Assembly: GCA_036172245.1 (NCBI GenBank)
Contig: JAYWIR010000006.1
Coordinates: 4,402,001-4,466,000 of the forward strand
DNA: 64,000 bases
Direction: 5' to 3'
DNA from: Raillietiella orientalis
Lineage: Eukaryota
Shown one piece after another: positions 13,401 to 23,964 of this stretch. The position numbers were made by a program, and so were the translations under genes. The notes beneath the pieces are model-generated. The model saw only the letters and a list, made by a program, of their open reading frames with translations, was not told where the DNA came from and ran no database searches. The number at the start of each line of letters is the position of its first letter. Position 1 is the stretch's first letter.

Positions 13401-14236
13401 AGTGGAAAACCTAAATATTATCGCCCTGCCATGAGTTCTAACTAATCTGAAATCGTCACTTGCAATTCCTCAAAAGGAAAGAATCAACACTTTGCATACA
13501 TCAAACAGGAATATGTGTAGTACATCACAAATCCTATCGTTCAGTAACAGATATTAAATAATATAGTGATAAAATAGTGATAGATAGGTAGCACGCAGTG
13601 ATCTTATTCCAATCTTCAATGGTTTATACGAATTCTCCGAAAAAATGGCACTTTTCTAGATGATCGGTTATTACACGGGAATTTTTGAAAAAAATGAAAC
13701 GAAAGCTAATGAATGACACTACAAAATGTAGCTTGTGAGGCAAAAAGGGATACGAATTACTGTTCCCATGTTATCCTATTCATTACACCCTTTGATTGAG
13801 AATGTTCTTCCAGCATATTCACATTCCTAGTACTGTGAATATCTACTTTATTTGGGAAGCGGGCGGCCCGTTGCTCGTAGCGGGCTGCATGTCGGATTTC
13901 TCCCTTATGTAATGAACATGCGATTGGATTGTAGTGAGCTATTAGCGTTAAGCGAGTGAATGCGGAAACGTGACGTTATGGAATATGATTAGCGCCGGAA
14001 AAGGGTTGCTATTTTCTAAATAAAGATGGACATGAAGTGACCAAGTTCAGGGTTCAGTTTGTCGCGTGGCTGCTATAAAGTGCTGCAACGCTTCACGGGA
14101 ATCCATTCTCAGATAACGAATCATTCGAGATTTGAAAGATCTAAATTGTTTGAAGCATGCGTTTGCTAATTTCAAAGGGTAACAAACTACGAACGATTGA
14201 TTACTTCCTAAATTAATCAGTGGACCGACTTACCAT
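10480..14236 (-). CDS. PAM16: Mitochondrial import motor subunit PAM16/Tim16/Magmas, about 126 aa, 4 coding exons
   Basis: Exons 14236-14234 (ATG only, followed by a perfect GTAAGT donor; inferred), 10954-10870, 10825-10617 and 10563-10480. Product: M|AKILIQIVIAGTQILVKAFSHALRQELQASQQAARAAGGG...GMSLDEAKRILNI...[32 protein letters not shown]. This has the J-like domain and the [10 protein letters not shown].RAK signature. Exons 2-4 are secure; exon 1 placement is less certain. Confidence 0.9.
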
Positions 14237-14651
14237 AGCAATGAAACATTACGAGAACTATGAAAGAAAAGGAATCAAGGCAGTAATTGACAAGGCCAGT
14301 GACAAAAAAACGGAATAGATACTTGGCCACGGATAATCACTACGCATATCATTCACCGTGAATGCAGTGAATTGATGTCTTTCTTTAATGGATGCATCAC
14401 TTAATAAATTGAATAGTTACCCTTATGTTTAGTGAGATTTCACAAAGCAACCAGAAAGAAAATCTTTGCGAATCGGACAATCTGGGACTTTTGCGAATCT
14501 GCCTGTCAGGTGGGAAAAAAAAGTCTCCTTCACACAAGCAACTCGATAATATGTGGATTATGTAAACCAATATTTTTTCGTTCAAAGATGATCTCGGAAA
14601 TAGGGAAGACTTGGTTACGCTGCCTACCTCGTTGCATCTGCACGATTGAAG
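14237..14651. promoter_or_regulatory. Probable bidirectional promoter and 5' UTR region between PAM16 (-) and NDP kinase (+)
   Basis: Head-to-head initiator codons about 465 bp apart (14236 and 14701). The region retains CpGs, unlike the CpG-poor gene bodies on either side. A likely 40-nt 5'UTR intron of NDPK lies at 14652-14691 (GTGAAC...GCTGAC...TTTGCAG). Confidence 0.55.
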
Positions 14652-14700
14652 GTGAACGCGCAAGGGCGTGCTGACGGTCCAGGGTTTGCAGGCTCACATC

Positions 14701-15614
14701 ATGGCTCCCAAGGAGGAACGAACGTTTATCATGATCAAACCCGATGGAGTTCACAGACAGCTCATCGGTCAAATCATCCAAAGATTTGAACAAAAGGGCT
14801 TCAAGTTGGTGGCCATGAAATTCATGAAGGTAAAAAGAATGCAAGTCGTTTTTCTCATTTACAGGCCAGTCGTTTAGTGCATTCTCTAGTGGCAGCTAGA
14901 ACACTATCCAGTGGTCTGCAAAAGCGTTTATATTGAAAAATTTGATTCAGTCAATTGCAATTGTTTGATCGCATGTAATGTTTGGAGTCGTAAACTGTAA
15001 ATGCATTTTCATGTTGTACTCGGATTGCCTTGCAACATAATTTCGAATCTTGCATAAGTCAGCATTTTGTTTTATTTAGTTTATTGGAAATCACAGTTAT
15101 CTCGAATAAAAAGGCATGAAGTGTGCCAAAGCCACAAGATGAGGCCGAGTAAGCCAGTGGTGTTTTTTTAGGTACTAAAGGAGTTGGTTTCAAAATGATG
15201 CAATGTTATATAAGGCCCTTTCGTTTCTTTCAGCCTCCTGCTGAACTTCTGAATGCTCATTACGCCGAACTGGAGTCTAAGCCGTTCTTCCCTTCTCTTG
15301 TGGAATATGTTGGATCAGGTCCTGTGGTGGCCATGGTATGGGAAGGTCTAAATGTAGTGAAAACTGGTCGGCAAATGCTTGGAGAGACTGATCCTGCTGA
15401 TTCCAAACCTGGCACCATCAGAGGAGATTTCTGCATAGAGAAAGGAAGGTGAGTGCATGTTCTGAAGAGTACTGAGTGCTTTGCTTTTTTACACAGAAAC
15501 ATCATCCATGGATCTGATTCTGTAAGAAGTGCAAATAAAGAGATAGACCTGTGGTTTTTTGAAAAAGAATTGCAGGATTGGAAGCCTGTGGCCGAGAAAT
15601 GGGTCTATGAATAA
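14701..15614 (+). CDS. NME: Nucleoside diphosphate kinase, group I (NME1/2, awd-like), 153 aa, 3 coding exons
   Basis: Exons 14701-14829, 15234-15448 and 15497-15614 (462 nt). Motifs: [72 protein letters not shown], catalytic NIIHGSDS and C-terminal WVYE*. Confidence 0.97.
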
Positions 15615-17185
15615 AGATTGCAAGTTAGGCTTACAGTAAAATAGATGATGCACTGCAGATTGATTAATCTTAATGACTGCTGTACCTTAAGCAAATTAAA
15701 TATTGCAAAATGAAAATTTTTTTCATATGATCGTATTTTGCATTTCTTTGTCTTCTGTCAGATGAACATTTTGTGGCAACATGAGCTTTGGCACTCTTAT
15801 TTGAGATCACAGTTGTCTTTTTGCATATGTATGGTGATAGGAGCCTCCTATGCACACCTACATATTTGTTTCGTTTCAACAGAGTTTTCACAGAATGTTG
15901 GTGCATTAATTGAAAATATGTGAAATTATTGGGTCAATGTTCACTGGACTTCCCAGTTTCTGTAAGAGAAGTCCTGTCTTTGGATGCAAGCAAACCTGAT
16001 AAGACAATGCAGCTTATGATGCATCTGAGAGTACCATGATTTGAAGCAAGCCAAGGAATTGAATCTCCAGTACAAACTTGGAAACTACTTCAGTTTCATT
16101 GGGTAAAGCTCAAATGTGCTGCTTTGTTGGGAGCTTTGATGTGATGCTTCTAAAGAAGGTGATGTGACAGATGTCATATCAGGAAAACTTGTATGCATGC
16201 TTGGGCAGGAGTGATGGACTTGAGTGAGGGTTCTGTGGGGGTGCAAACATGGGCTCATTTCTGTGGTATGTCTCCATCATTCATGAATGTTGCATGGACT
16301 GGTTTATGAGTTATGTCAATACGTGGAACTTGCAAAGCAATACAAATGGACAAACTTGTTGGGAATCACAGTTTTGATGTTTGATGCTCTGGTTGCGGCG
16401 GAACAACATTGGAATGCATTCAAGCCACAGGAAACCCACATTATTGTGCCTGATCATGCATTGCCAGCTGCTCGATGTCCTCTAGAGGATGCTGCCTGGA
16501 GCAGGCGGCAGTTTTGGTTACAAAACATCAGTGTAGTAAATCATTTTAGGCAGACAGCAGATGTGACACTGATGGGCCACCTATGGTTTTGTGCAGACAT
16601 TCGCAAGGAAGCTTAAAAGACCAGGCAAGAGACAGTGTGTAAAATACGAGGGCACGAGACGCCATATGAAGAGGGGAGCTTGCGCAGCTACATCGAAGGG
16701 GAAATAGCAGATTTCCACAAGACGATTCCAAAAGATATCCTAAAGTTATCAGAAAGTTCACTTTGCATGGTGAAATTTTGGAGCTGTGAGAAATGAGGTG
16801 CTTCCTCATGCTTTTGTTTTGAAGTCGTTCGCTTGGTGTTCATTCTTGATGAAGATTTCCTGCTGGAAGTCGAGGTCGTGATGTGCGGGCGTGCGGAAGG
16901 AGACATGCTGCAAGCAGACGACTAGCAGCTCGCATGGGAGAAGACAACAGCAATGAAGGGCCGAAGGATTGCCGAGCAGCCAGCTAAGAGGAAATATTGC
17001 GAACTTTTAACGAAGTTGATGTGTGCATTTGAAATTTCCCGTGTGGAATTGGGTTTGCGAGTGGGAATGAGGTGTTCAGACGATATCGCACGATTTGAGC
17101 AGGTTCGGAGATCGGGGAGGGGGGGAAGGGAAGCGGAAGGAGTGCAGGGATCAGAGGAATGGAGAGCGAGGGCGAATGCGTGGAA

Positions 17186-17630
17186 GAGTGGGGCCGGTGG
17201 TATTGAAGAGGGCATGCTGAGGCATTTCAAGTCTTCGGGCGCCTCGAGTTCGGCCCGTTTCGGTTGGGTAAGTCGCCACTTTGCAGGTTCCAACGCTGAA
17301 GTCTGTGCGGGTTGAGCGCTGCGTGCGCAGGCGGGAGGACGCTGGGTGGTAAGACCGGGTAAGAAACGCGAGAGGATGGCGGCGGGAATGTCCACCCCCC
17401 CCCTCCCCCGTTGGTGGTGGTTGAGGGCGCTGAGCTGGAGGCGCGAGAAACGGGGTCTCGTCGACCGGTGTGTGCGTTGATGGCTCGGACGCCAACGCCA
17501 AGGACGGGTGCGCTGTTGCCGGGGTCAAACGGGAAAGTCCACATTCTTCCCGGGCGATCTTCACGCAGAGACCGAGTCTCCCGATGAGCGAGACGGGTGC
17601 GTGGGACCGTTTCGCCTTTCTTGAAACCCC
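17186..17630. repeat. Dispersed repeat A, copy 2
   Basis: Matches 2695-3140 apart from a few substitutions. Confidence 0.9.
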
Positions 17631-17958
17631 GGGAGGAGATGGTGGAGGCTGATTGAAGTACGAGGAGGGGTCACGTGGGAGAGGCTGCAGTGTCGGGTAT
17701 GTTGATACCTTTCTGTTGTGAGTGGAAAGATCAGGGCACTCTGTTGGGTCGGTGTCCTCAACCGACTTCATGAAGTGCAGGAGCCATTTTCGTGAGCTGT
17801 GGAAAAAACGTTGACGTTTGCGGAAAACTGCGGTTTTGTGCTAGCGGGCACCTGATTTCTGTTCGCACTGTGTAGTTTTGCGGGATAAGTGGTCAACCCA
17901 CTGCTATGGAGCTGAAGGCGACGTATACGCTGGTGATGCCTGTGTGCAGCACATGACA

Positions 17959-18079
17959 ACGCGGAGACCGAGTCTCCCGATGGGTCTCGCTCATCGGGAG
18001 ACTCGGTCTCCGCGTGAAGATCGCCCGGGAAGAATGTGGACTTTCCCGTTTGACCCCGGCAACAGCGCGTCCGTCCTTG
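17959..18079. repeat. Inverted 96-bp fragment of repeat A with a perfect 24-bp hairpin
   Basis: 17984-18079 is the reverse complement of 17499-17594 (3 mismatches). 17959-17982 and 17992-18015 are perfect inverted repeats around a 9-nt loop. Confidence 0.9.
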
Positions 18080-21000
18080 TAGCCAGAATGAGGCAATGAA
18101 CTGATCTGGACGTTCTGTTGGCTCACGTACAGATTTGTTGGTCGAAGTTTGTGCCGAACGCGGAAGGCGTATGAGAGCTGCCTGTAGGATGGAATTGCAA
18201 TCTTTCGAGGATTGAACAGCTTCATTGGACAGTATCAATAAGAATGAAGTGATTGGTGTTGACTGTCTTTGGGGTCGGCGGGGATATGCCATTGCAGAAG
18301 AAATCGCGGTGGAAATGAAAGTATTGTCCAAGTTCCTCGTTTCAAGAGGAGTATCCTAGAGCATGTATATTCCTTCGGAAATGAAGTATGGCAAATATTT
18401 TCGAATTCTGGCTTTCTGGTGAGGGGTTGCTTCCGTTCAATTTGAATTACACAGTGCAGACTTTTGAATAAAACCTGAAAACGGAAGGGAGATGAAGAAG
18501 TACATAAAAGTTCGTAGCCAATATTGAACTGCAGTGTATTTTCGGGTTTGGTCAGTCTTCTGTCCGTTGTTACGGGAATAAGGTAAACATGCTTGCTCAC
18601 TTGACGAGCAATCTGTTACCTAAATTTAAATAAAAAATCAAAAAATGTTGTATGGGCTAAAAATTCATAAGTATGCTTTTACCCCACGAATCATGGAGCC
18701 AATTTCTTTGGGCATAAGAAGACTGCAACAAACCGTAATTACAACACAGGAAGTACACAATGACTTCTGGATACTGCATGAAACTGCTGATTGCATTACA
18801 GATCGGTATTATAGGATTCAAATTGATGCATGAAACAACTACAAGGCTAAACAAAGTCCATTTGAGTCAGCAATGATACAGTGAGATCTAATACAAAATG
18901 AAATCCTCATGAGCTTTTGCAGCAGAAACAAGTTAACTTCAGAAAGGAAAAGGTGGAGCCTCATGGTGATTTTTATCATGATTATACAAATACAGAAATG
19001 ATATAGAATGTTGAAGACAGGAAGGGCCAGTTACAGCTGCTACATCTGATCACAAAATTTGGCTTACTTTGATTTTTGAGCATATGGCCACTGGTTTTCC
19101 ACAGCTACTGATTGCTACTAGAACAGCTAGTATTAATTCTGCAACACCCAAATGAATTACCAGAAATTAAACTTCGAAATTACACCTTGGCAGAAACTCC
19201 TGTTCTCAAAGGTAGTTTTTGATTTTCCTCATCAAAACTGCATACAATGCTCAGAGAATGCATGAGCAAAATTTCTTTCCTAGCAATCAAATGAAAGCAA
19301 AGTTTCAAAATTTCATAGTGTCTGCATTGCAAACCAAAACAAAATGAGCATACTGACAAGTCCTTTGGATCTTTTAGTCTCATGCTAGCACTTCATGAGA
19401 GCAACAGGTTGCTGGGAAATTATCATTTTCACTATGATGCATGTGCAAAACAGACCTTTTCAAAACTTTAGGTAATGCAATTGTTTGAGATGGAGACACA
19501 CTGTGCAATGTTCAGCTATCTCAATAGTAAATGTTTGAATAGTTCTCATCTTAAGCCATCCAATACTTAATGAACAGTAATGCACATTCATAAAGGTCAT
19601 GCTGAGTTTCAGTCTCAGTTTAGTCCACAATATTTGTAAACAACTGCAAAAAAAAACACTGCATTCCTTTATGTCTGTACATCTGCTAGAAAATGCACAT
19701 TTCAAAAACTGGAACTGTGCTCAGCAGAAAAAGAATTTGATAGTGCCAAACATGAGCAAAACTAATTTTTTCTAAAAATAAAAAGCCTGGACATAAACAT
19801 AAATACAAGAAAAAAAATTTCAATCCCAAAAGTATTGCTGAAATGGGTGACTGTCCATACATGGATGCTGGATACGATCTGAATGTTCATTTAAAACACT
19901 TAAATTCAAATCATACACTAAAGGAGGTAATGAAATACCTCATCATTTAAATATGGATCTATCTGAAGCAAAACCTGGAGGCAGAGTGCTTACTATGTTA
20001 ATAGAAAACTCTCCTGGTCAAAATGCAGTGATGGAAACTGGTGTAGAAAATACCTCAGATGGAGAGAGGCAGTTTCCACTCATTCCAGCATATCCACCTT
20101 CATTGATAGCAGGTCATATTCAGAATACAAATGCAACTCTTCTAGAGCAATGCATCTTTGTGTTGTTTTTTGTGGGATATTTGCAGCAAACCACAAAGAG
20201 ATTCAAAAAATGCTCTAGTCGATCTTTACAAGTAAACTGCTTGAACTAAAATTTAAACTGTTCTGAATCGTGGAGGTGCTTCATTGAACTGTGTGCCTCT
20301 CTTGTGATGCTGATGAAGAGCTTCACACATAGCTTCTAGAACATCAGTTGCTACTCCTGGTGAACTTTTCCAACCTTTTCTAACCTCTTTCATTCAGTGA
20401 CTTTAATGTACAAGCAGCCATTGCATCATAAACTTGAGAAGTCTTATCTCAGGAATCTTCGTTTGTTTTCATGAACCAAGGGAACCTGAAAAACATTTCC
20501 ATGATTTTCCACACATTCTTCATAATGAAAAAAGGGTGCTTTCATTCACATTCCATAATATAGTCGTTTGCAGCATTTGTCTCGTAGAATAGGGTTTTTT
20601 TTTTTGAAACTAAAATCTGCACAAGTTATCTAAACACCTAAATTCAACTTTGCATGCCACCCAAGCGCTTTTGCAACCCTTGATTAAACAACTGGGTACT
20701 TATACTTAAATTACCAAGCTGCGATGGGGAGTAGACACAACTGAATTTTTTTTGAAGGGGCACTGGGGGGTGAATCGTCTCCTCTGGTCCATCCCGCCAT
20801 TCACAATGCACATAACTTGAAAGTGGAGCTGAAGGAGGCAGAAAACGAGGAAGGGCAGCAGCCGTTCCCCCGACGTTGCGGTTCTTCCCCTCGTGACCGG
20901 CGGTGCCGTGCTGGAACGGCACGGCGGCTCAGACCGGGCGCTTCCCCCCCATTCCCCACGGGAGGGGGGGGGGAAGGGGGCCGCCGCACCACCACCACGG

Positions 21001-21537
21001 GCAACAGGTGGGGTGAGGGCACCGGTGGCGCTCCCCCTTCCGCCGCCACCGGGGCCGCTGTCGGCGACGTCCACTCTCGCCAGGCACGCGGGCGAGCAGC
21101 AGCAGCGGCGACGACGTCGACGACGTAATGCACGCGCTCCGTTCGACGGATCGTCCGCGTCGCGAGCACGAAACTGGTTTAATGTTACTGAAATTTTCAC
21201 CAGGTGGAAACAAAAACAAGAAAATTAAGAATATCATAAAGCGTACTCGCTGTCACCCGAAATGTGCGAAACACGTTCGGTGCGTGTGTAGCGTGTGTGT
21301 ATACGCAGCACGTCGTTTTAAAACGGAGGCTACGAAATAAGATGTACGCTTCACGGTGATGGATTTTTCGATTCCAGTGTTCCTTATGGTTAGGCCTAGT
21401 TTTTTCGGGAGATAAGGAACGAGTTTCCAGTGCTTTTTGAACTGTTAAGCCAAACGAGTGCCATTCGCTGTGTTTCGTTGTGTAAAACATCATGAGTGAA
21501 ATGTGCTCGTTGCATATGTGGTTGTGATCTGCTCTCT

Positions 21538-21684
21538 GAAGAGAGGGAGAGAGAGAGGGAGAGAGAGGAAAGAAGAGGAGGAGGAGGAGGAGGAGGAGGA
21601 AGAAGAAGAAGAAGAAGAACAAGAAGAAGAAGAAGGAGAAGAAGAAGAAGAAGAAGAGGGGCAAGAAGAAGAAGAAAAAAAAAA
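21538..21684. repeat. Compound polypurine microsatellite (GA)n-(GAG)n-(GAA)n-An
   Basis: About 147 nt with only two pyrimidines on the + strand; a second purine tract lies at about 21917-21968. Confidence 0.9.
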
Positions 21685-22254
21685 TCAACTGGTTTGGAAA
21701 AGATTGTGCGGTGCCTTTCCTGCACCGTATTTGACGAGGAAAATATATAGATGTGTTTCCGCTGTCCTGAAGCTTAGTACTTCAGTGGCACGCGAAGTGC
21801 ACACATGAAAGCCTTGAGGTGATCGTAAGTGTGAAATCTCATGATGAAAACTGATTAGTGTGTTTTAAACATTTCTATTTTTGTGCGGAAAGTTTAACGG
21901 TGACCTCGTGAACGCTAAACGAGAAAAAGAGGAAGAGAGAGAGAGAGAGAAAAAAAAAAAAAAAAAAATTCAAAGAAAATTGGAGGATAGCTGAAACGAA
22001 CGATTTCAGAAAACGAATCGATCAGATGTTTTCTGGATAATCGAAAGCTATTCGAACCTCCACAGACTATCGAATTTTTGTTTTTCTTGATGCAAATCAT
22101 CGGATTATCACGGAAAGAAGATAATGTGGCTGCAAGTTTTTTTTTCCATGGTGTTACGGGAAACATGCGAATTAGTCCCGGCATGTCGGCATGTTCTCCG
22201 CCGTAACTGTTTCACCCCTTTGACTGATGCCTGACTACGCATGGCGCTGGTGCG

Positions 22255-23964
22255 ATGAGGGAAGGCCCTGGCCCTTACATTACTTTTCGCCAGGATTCGA
22301 TCTGGGCCTTGCAGGCGTCCAAGTCCCTAAGCATCTCACGTGTGTTCCCGCGGCTCAAGCAGAAGAACATCGACTTTGCCCTCCAGGCGCTGGTGACCGA
22401 TGATACGGAGATTCCCCGGGAGGCAGATGCTCCCGACGGAGAAGCCACGGCCGTCGACAGTTCTGGCCATGAGAAGAAGCCGCCCAGCAGGAGGTGTTCC
22501 AAGAGCGGCTGCTCTCGACCCGTCGCCTCATCGACCCCCAGAAAGAAAAAGAACTCGTCCTCGGTGCGCGATCCCCTTCCTTCTCCGGGAAGCCGCGCCC
22601 CGGGAGCCGTGCCTTTCTACGAGCGCGTCATCATCGACGGGGTGCGGTTCCTATGCTTCGAGACCCAGGAGGACATGGACTGGTTCTCCCGGCTTGGCGC
22701 GTCGATTCCTCGTGCGGACCCAGCTCCTGAGGCGGCACGCCGCCTCCAGGTTCCCGGCAAGTTCCCCAGCGTCGACGAAGAGCTGATGAACTTTGCCCTG
22801 GGCGCCCTGCAGCCTCCCCCAGTATCTCCCCATAAGGCATCCTACCGCATAGCAGAAAAGCTGGGCATCGCCAAGAAGCTCCTTAACTGGAGCAGCAGGA
22901 AGCGGAAGCCTCCCCTGGTGATCCCAAAGACGGAGTCCGCGATCCCCCCTTCTGAAGACACCCCCACGGCGTCGGCCAGCTCCTCTCCCGCCTCCGGCCG
23001 GCGCCGCTCAGAGCCCTCCTTCGCGCGGCGGCGCCGGGGAGATGCGTTATCCTCTCCCTCCCTCTCGGAAGGCGTTGCGACTCGGACCACCGCCACCGTT
23101 ACCACCACCACCACCACCACCACGTCCTCCTCTTCCCGCGCATGTCCTTCTACCTCTTCTGGGAGATCCGGCAAGCGCCGCCGGACGTACCCTTCCCCTC
23201 GAGGATGTGCCGTGTCGGTTGCCCGCGCAGGCTCCGGACTTGTCGCCCTGCCCGCCGGCCCCCGCCTGTCGTTGCTGCTGTGGCGTGCGCGCATCCCGGA
23301 CGCGCATGCTGCCGACTGGTTCCGGCTGGAGCGGAAGGAGCTGGCGCTTGCGGGACGCGTCTCGCTGCCCGGACTGACCTTCTCGGTGCCAGCCCCCGTG
23401 CTTGGCTCCCTCGATGACGCCGCCCGCCGTCTGCGGGCACCTGTCCGCTACGCCATCGACGACAAGGACCACGGCCTGCCGGGCCTGCTGGTGCGCGTGG
23501 TTGCGGTCGCCCTGCGCCGTCTGCTTGTGCTGCGCTACACGGTCGAGGAGGAGGAAGAGGAGCAGGAATGCGAGGGGGAGAAGGAATGGGAAGGAAGAGA
23601 CGTAAAAGGGGAGGGCGAACCGCCGGGGTGCGGTTTCCACGACTACCACTTGCGGACAGCGGAGGAGAATCGCGGGTCAGCGGGACCTCCCCCTCCTCCG
23701 AGAGGTTTGCGACAGCGGGAGGGGGCATGGCGGGCCCTACCCAGCAAGGACTTTTCGTGCCTCTGTCTGCGCGGCGTCCCCCATCATCTACAGAGGGCTG
23801 GAGGCGCTCTGCTGCTCGTCAACACCTGCCGCCCGCAGACCGGCGCCCTGCCTTACGCTCCGCGGTGCGCCCTTTTCCGGTCGATCGAGGAGGCGAAGGC
23901 CTGGATAGCCCGGGCGCCAGCGGTTCGGCCATGGCGAGGCGGCAGCGGTGACCGGCGGAAGTGA
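22255..23964 (+). CDS. Hypothetical protein, 569 aa uninterrupted ORF, no family recognised
   Basis: Longest ORF in the window. It has G/C-ending codon bias in globular-looking blocks (KQKNIDFALQALVTD, FYERVIIDGVRFLCFETQEDMDWF, PVRYAIDDKDHGLPGLLVRVVAVALRRLLVLRYTV) separated by Ser/Thr-, Pro- and Glu-rich linkers. AATAAA at 24016-24021 follows the stop. The 5' end may instead be a splice acceptor near 22293 or 22314. Confidence 0.6.
   Translation: MREGPGPYITFRQDSIWALQASKSLSISRVFPRLKQKNIDFALQALVTDDTEIPREADAPDGEATAVDSSGHEKKPPSRRCSKSGCSRPVASSTPRKKKNSSSVRDPLPSPGSRAPGAVPFYERVIIDGVRFLCFETQEDMDWFSRLGASIPRADPAPEAARRLQVPGKFPSVDEELMNFALGALQPPPVSPHKASYRIAEKLGIAKKLLNWSSRKRKPPLVIPKTESAIPPSEDTPTASASSSPASGRRRSEPSFARRRRGDALSSPSLSEGVATRTTATVTTTTTTTTSSSSRACPSTSSGRSGKRRRTYPSPRGCAVSVARAGSGLVALPAGPRLSLLLWRARIPDAHAADWFRLERKELALAGRVSLPGLTFSVPAPVLGSLDDAARRLRAPVRYAIDDKDHGLPGLLVRVVAVALRRLLVLRYTVEEEEEEQECEGEKEWEGRDVKGEGEPPGCGFHDYHLRTAEENRGSAGPPPPPRGLRQREGAWRALPSKDFSCLCLRGVPHHLQRAGGALLLVNTCRPQTGALPYAPRCALFRSIEEAKAWIARAPAVRPWRGGSGDRRK

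Noticed and set aside
17964..18010. Clustered BsaI sites (GAGACC/GGTCTC) suggesting a cloning scar
   Set aside because: The sites derive from repeat A, which occurs naturally elsewhere in the window, and no vector sequence is nearby.
19860..19946. Minus-strand C-box-like ATGATGA with a small hairpin
   Set aside because: No D box (CTGA) at a suitable distance and no terminal stem, so not called a snoRNA.
21197..21808. Poly-Glu, poly-Phe, poly-Leu and poly-Arg ORFs
   Set aside because: Translations of the polypurine microsatellite.
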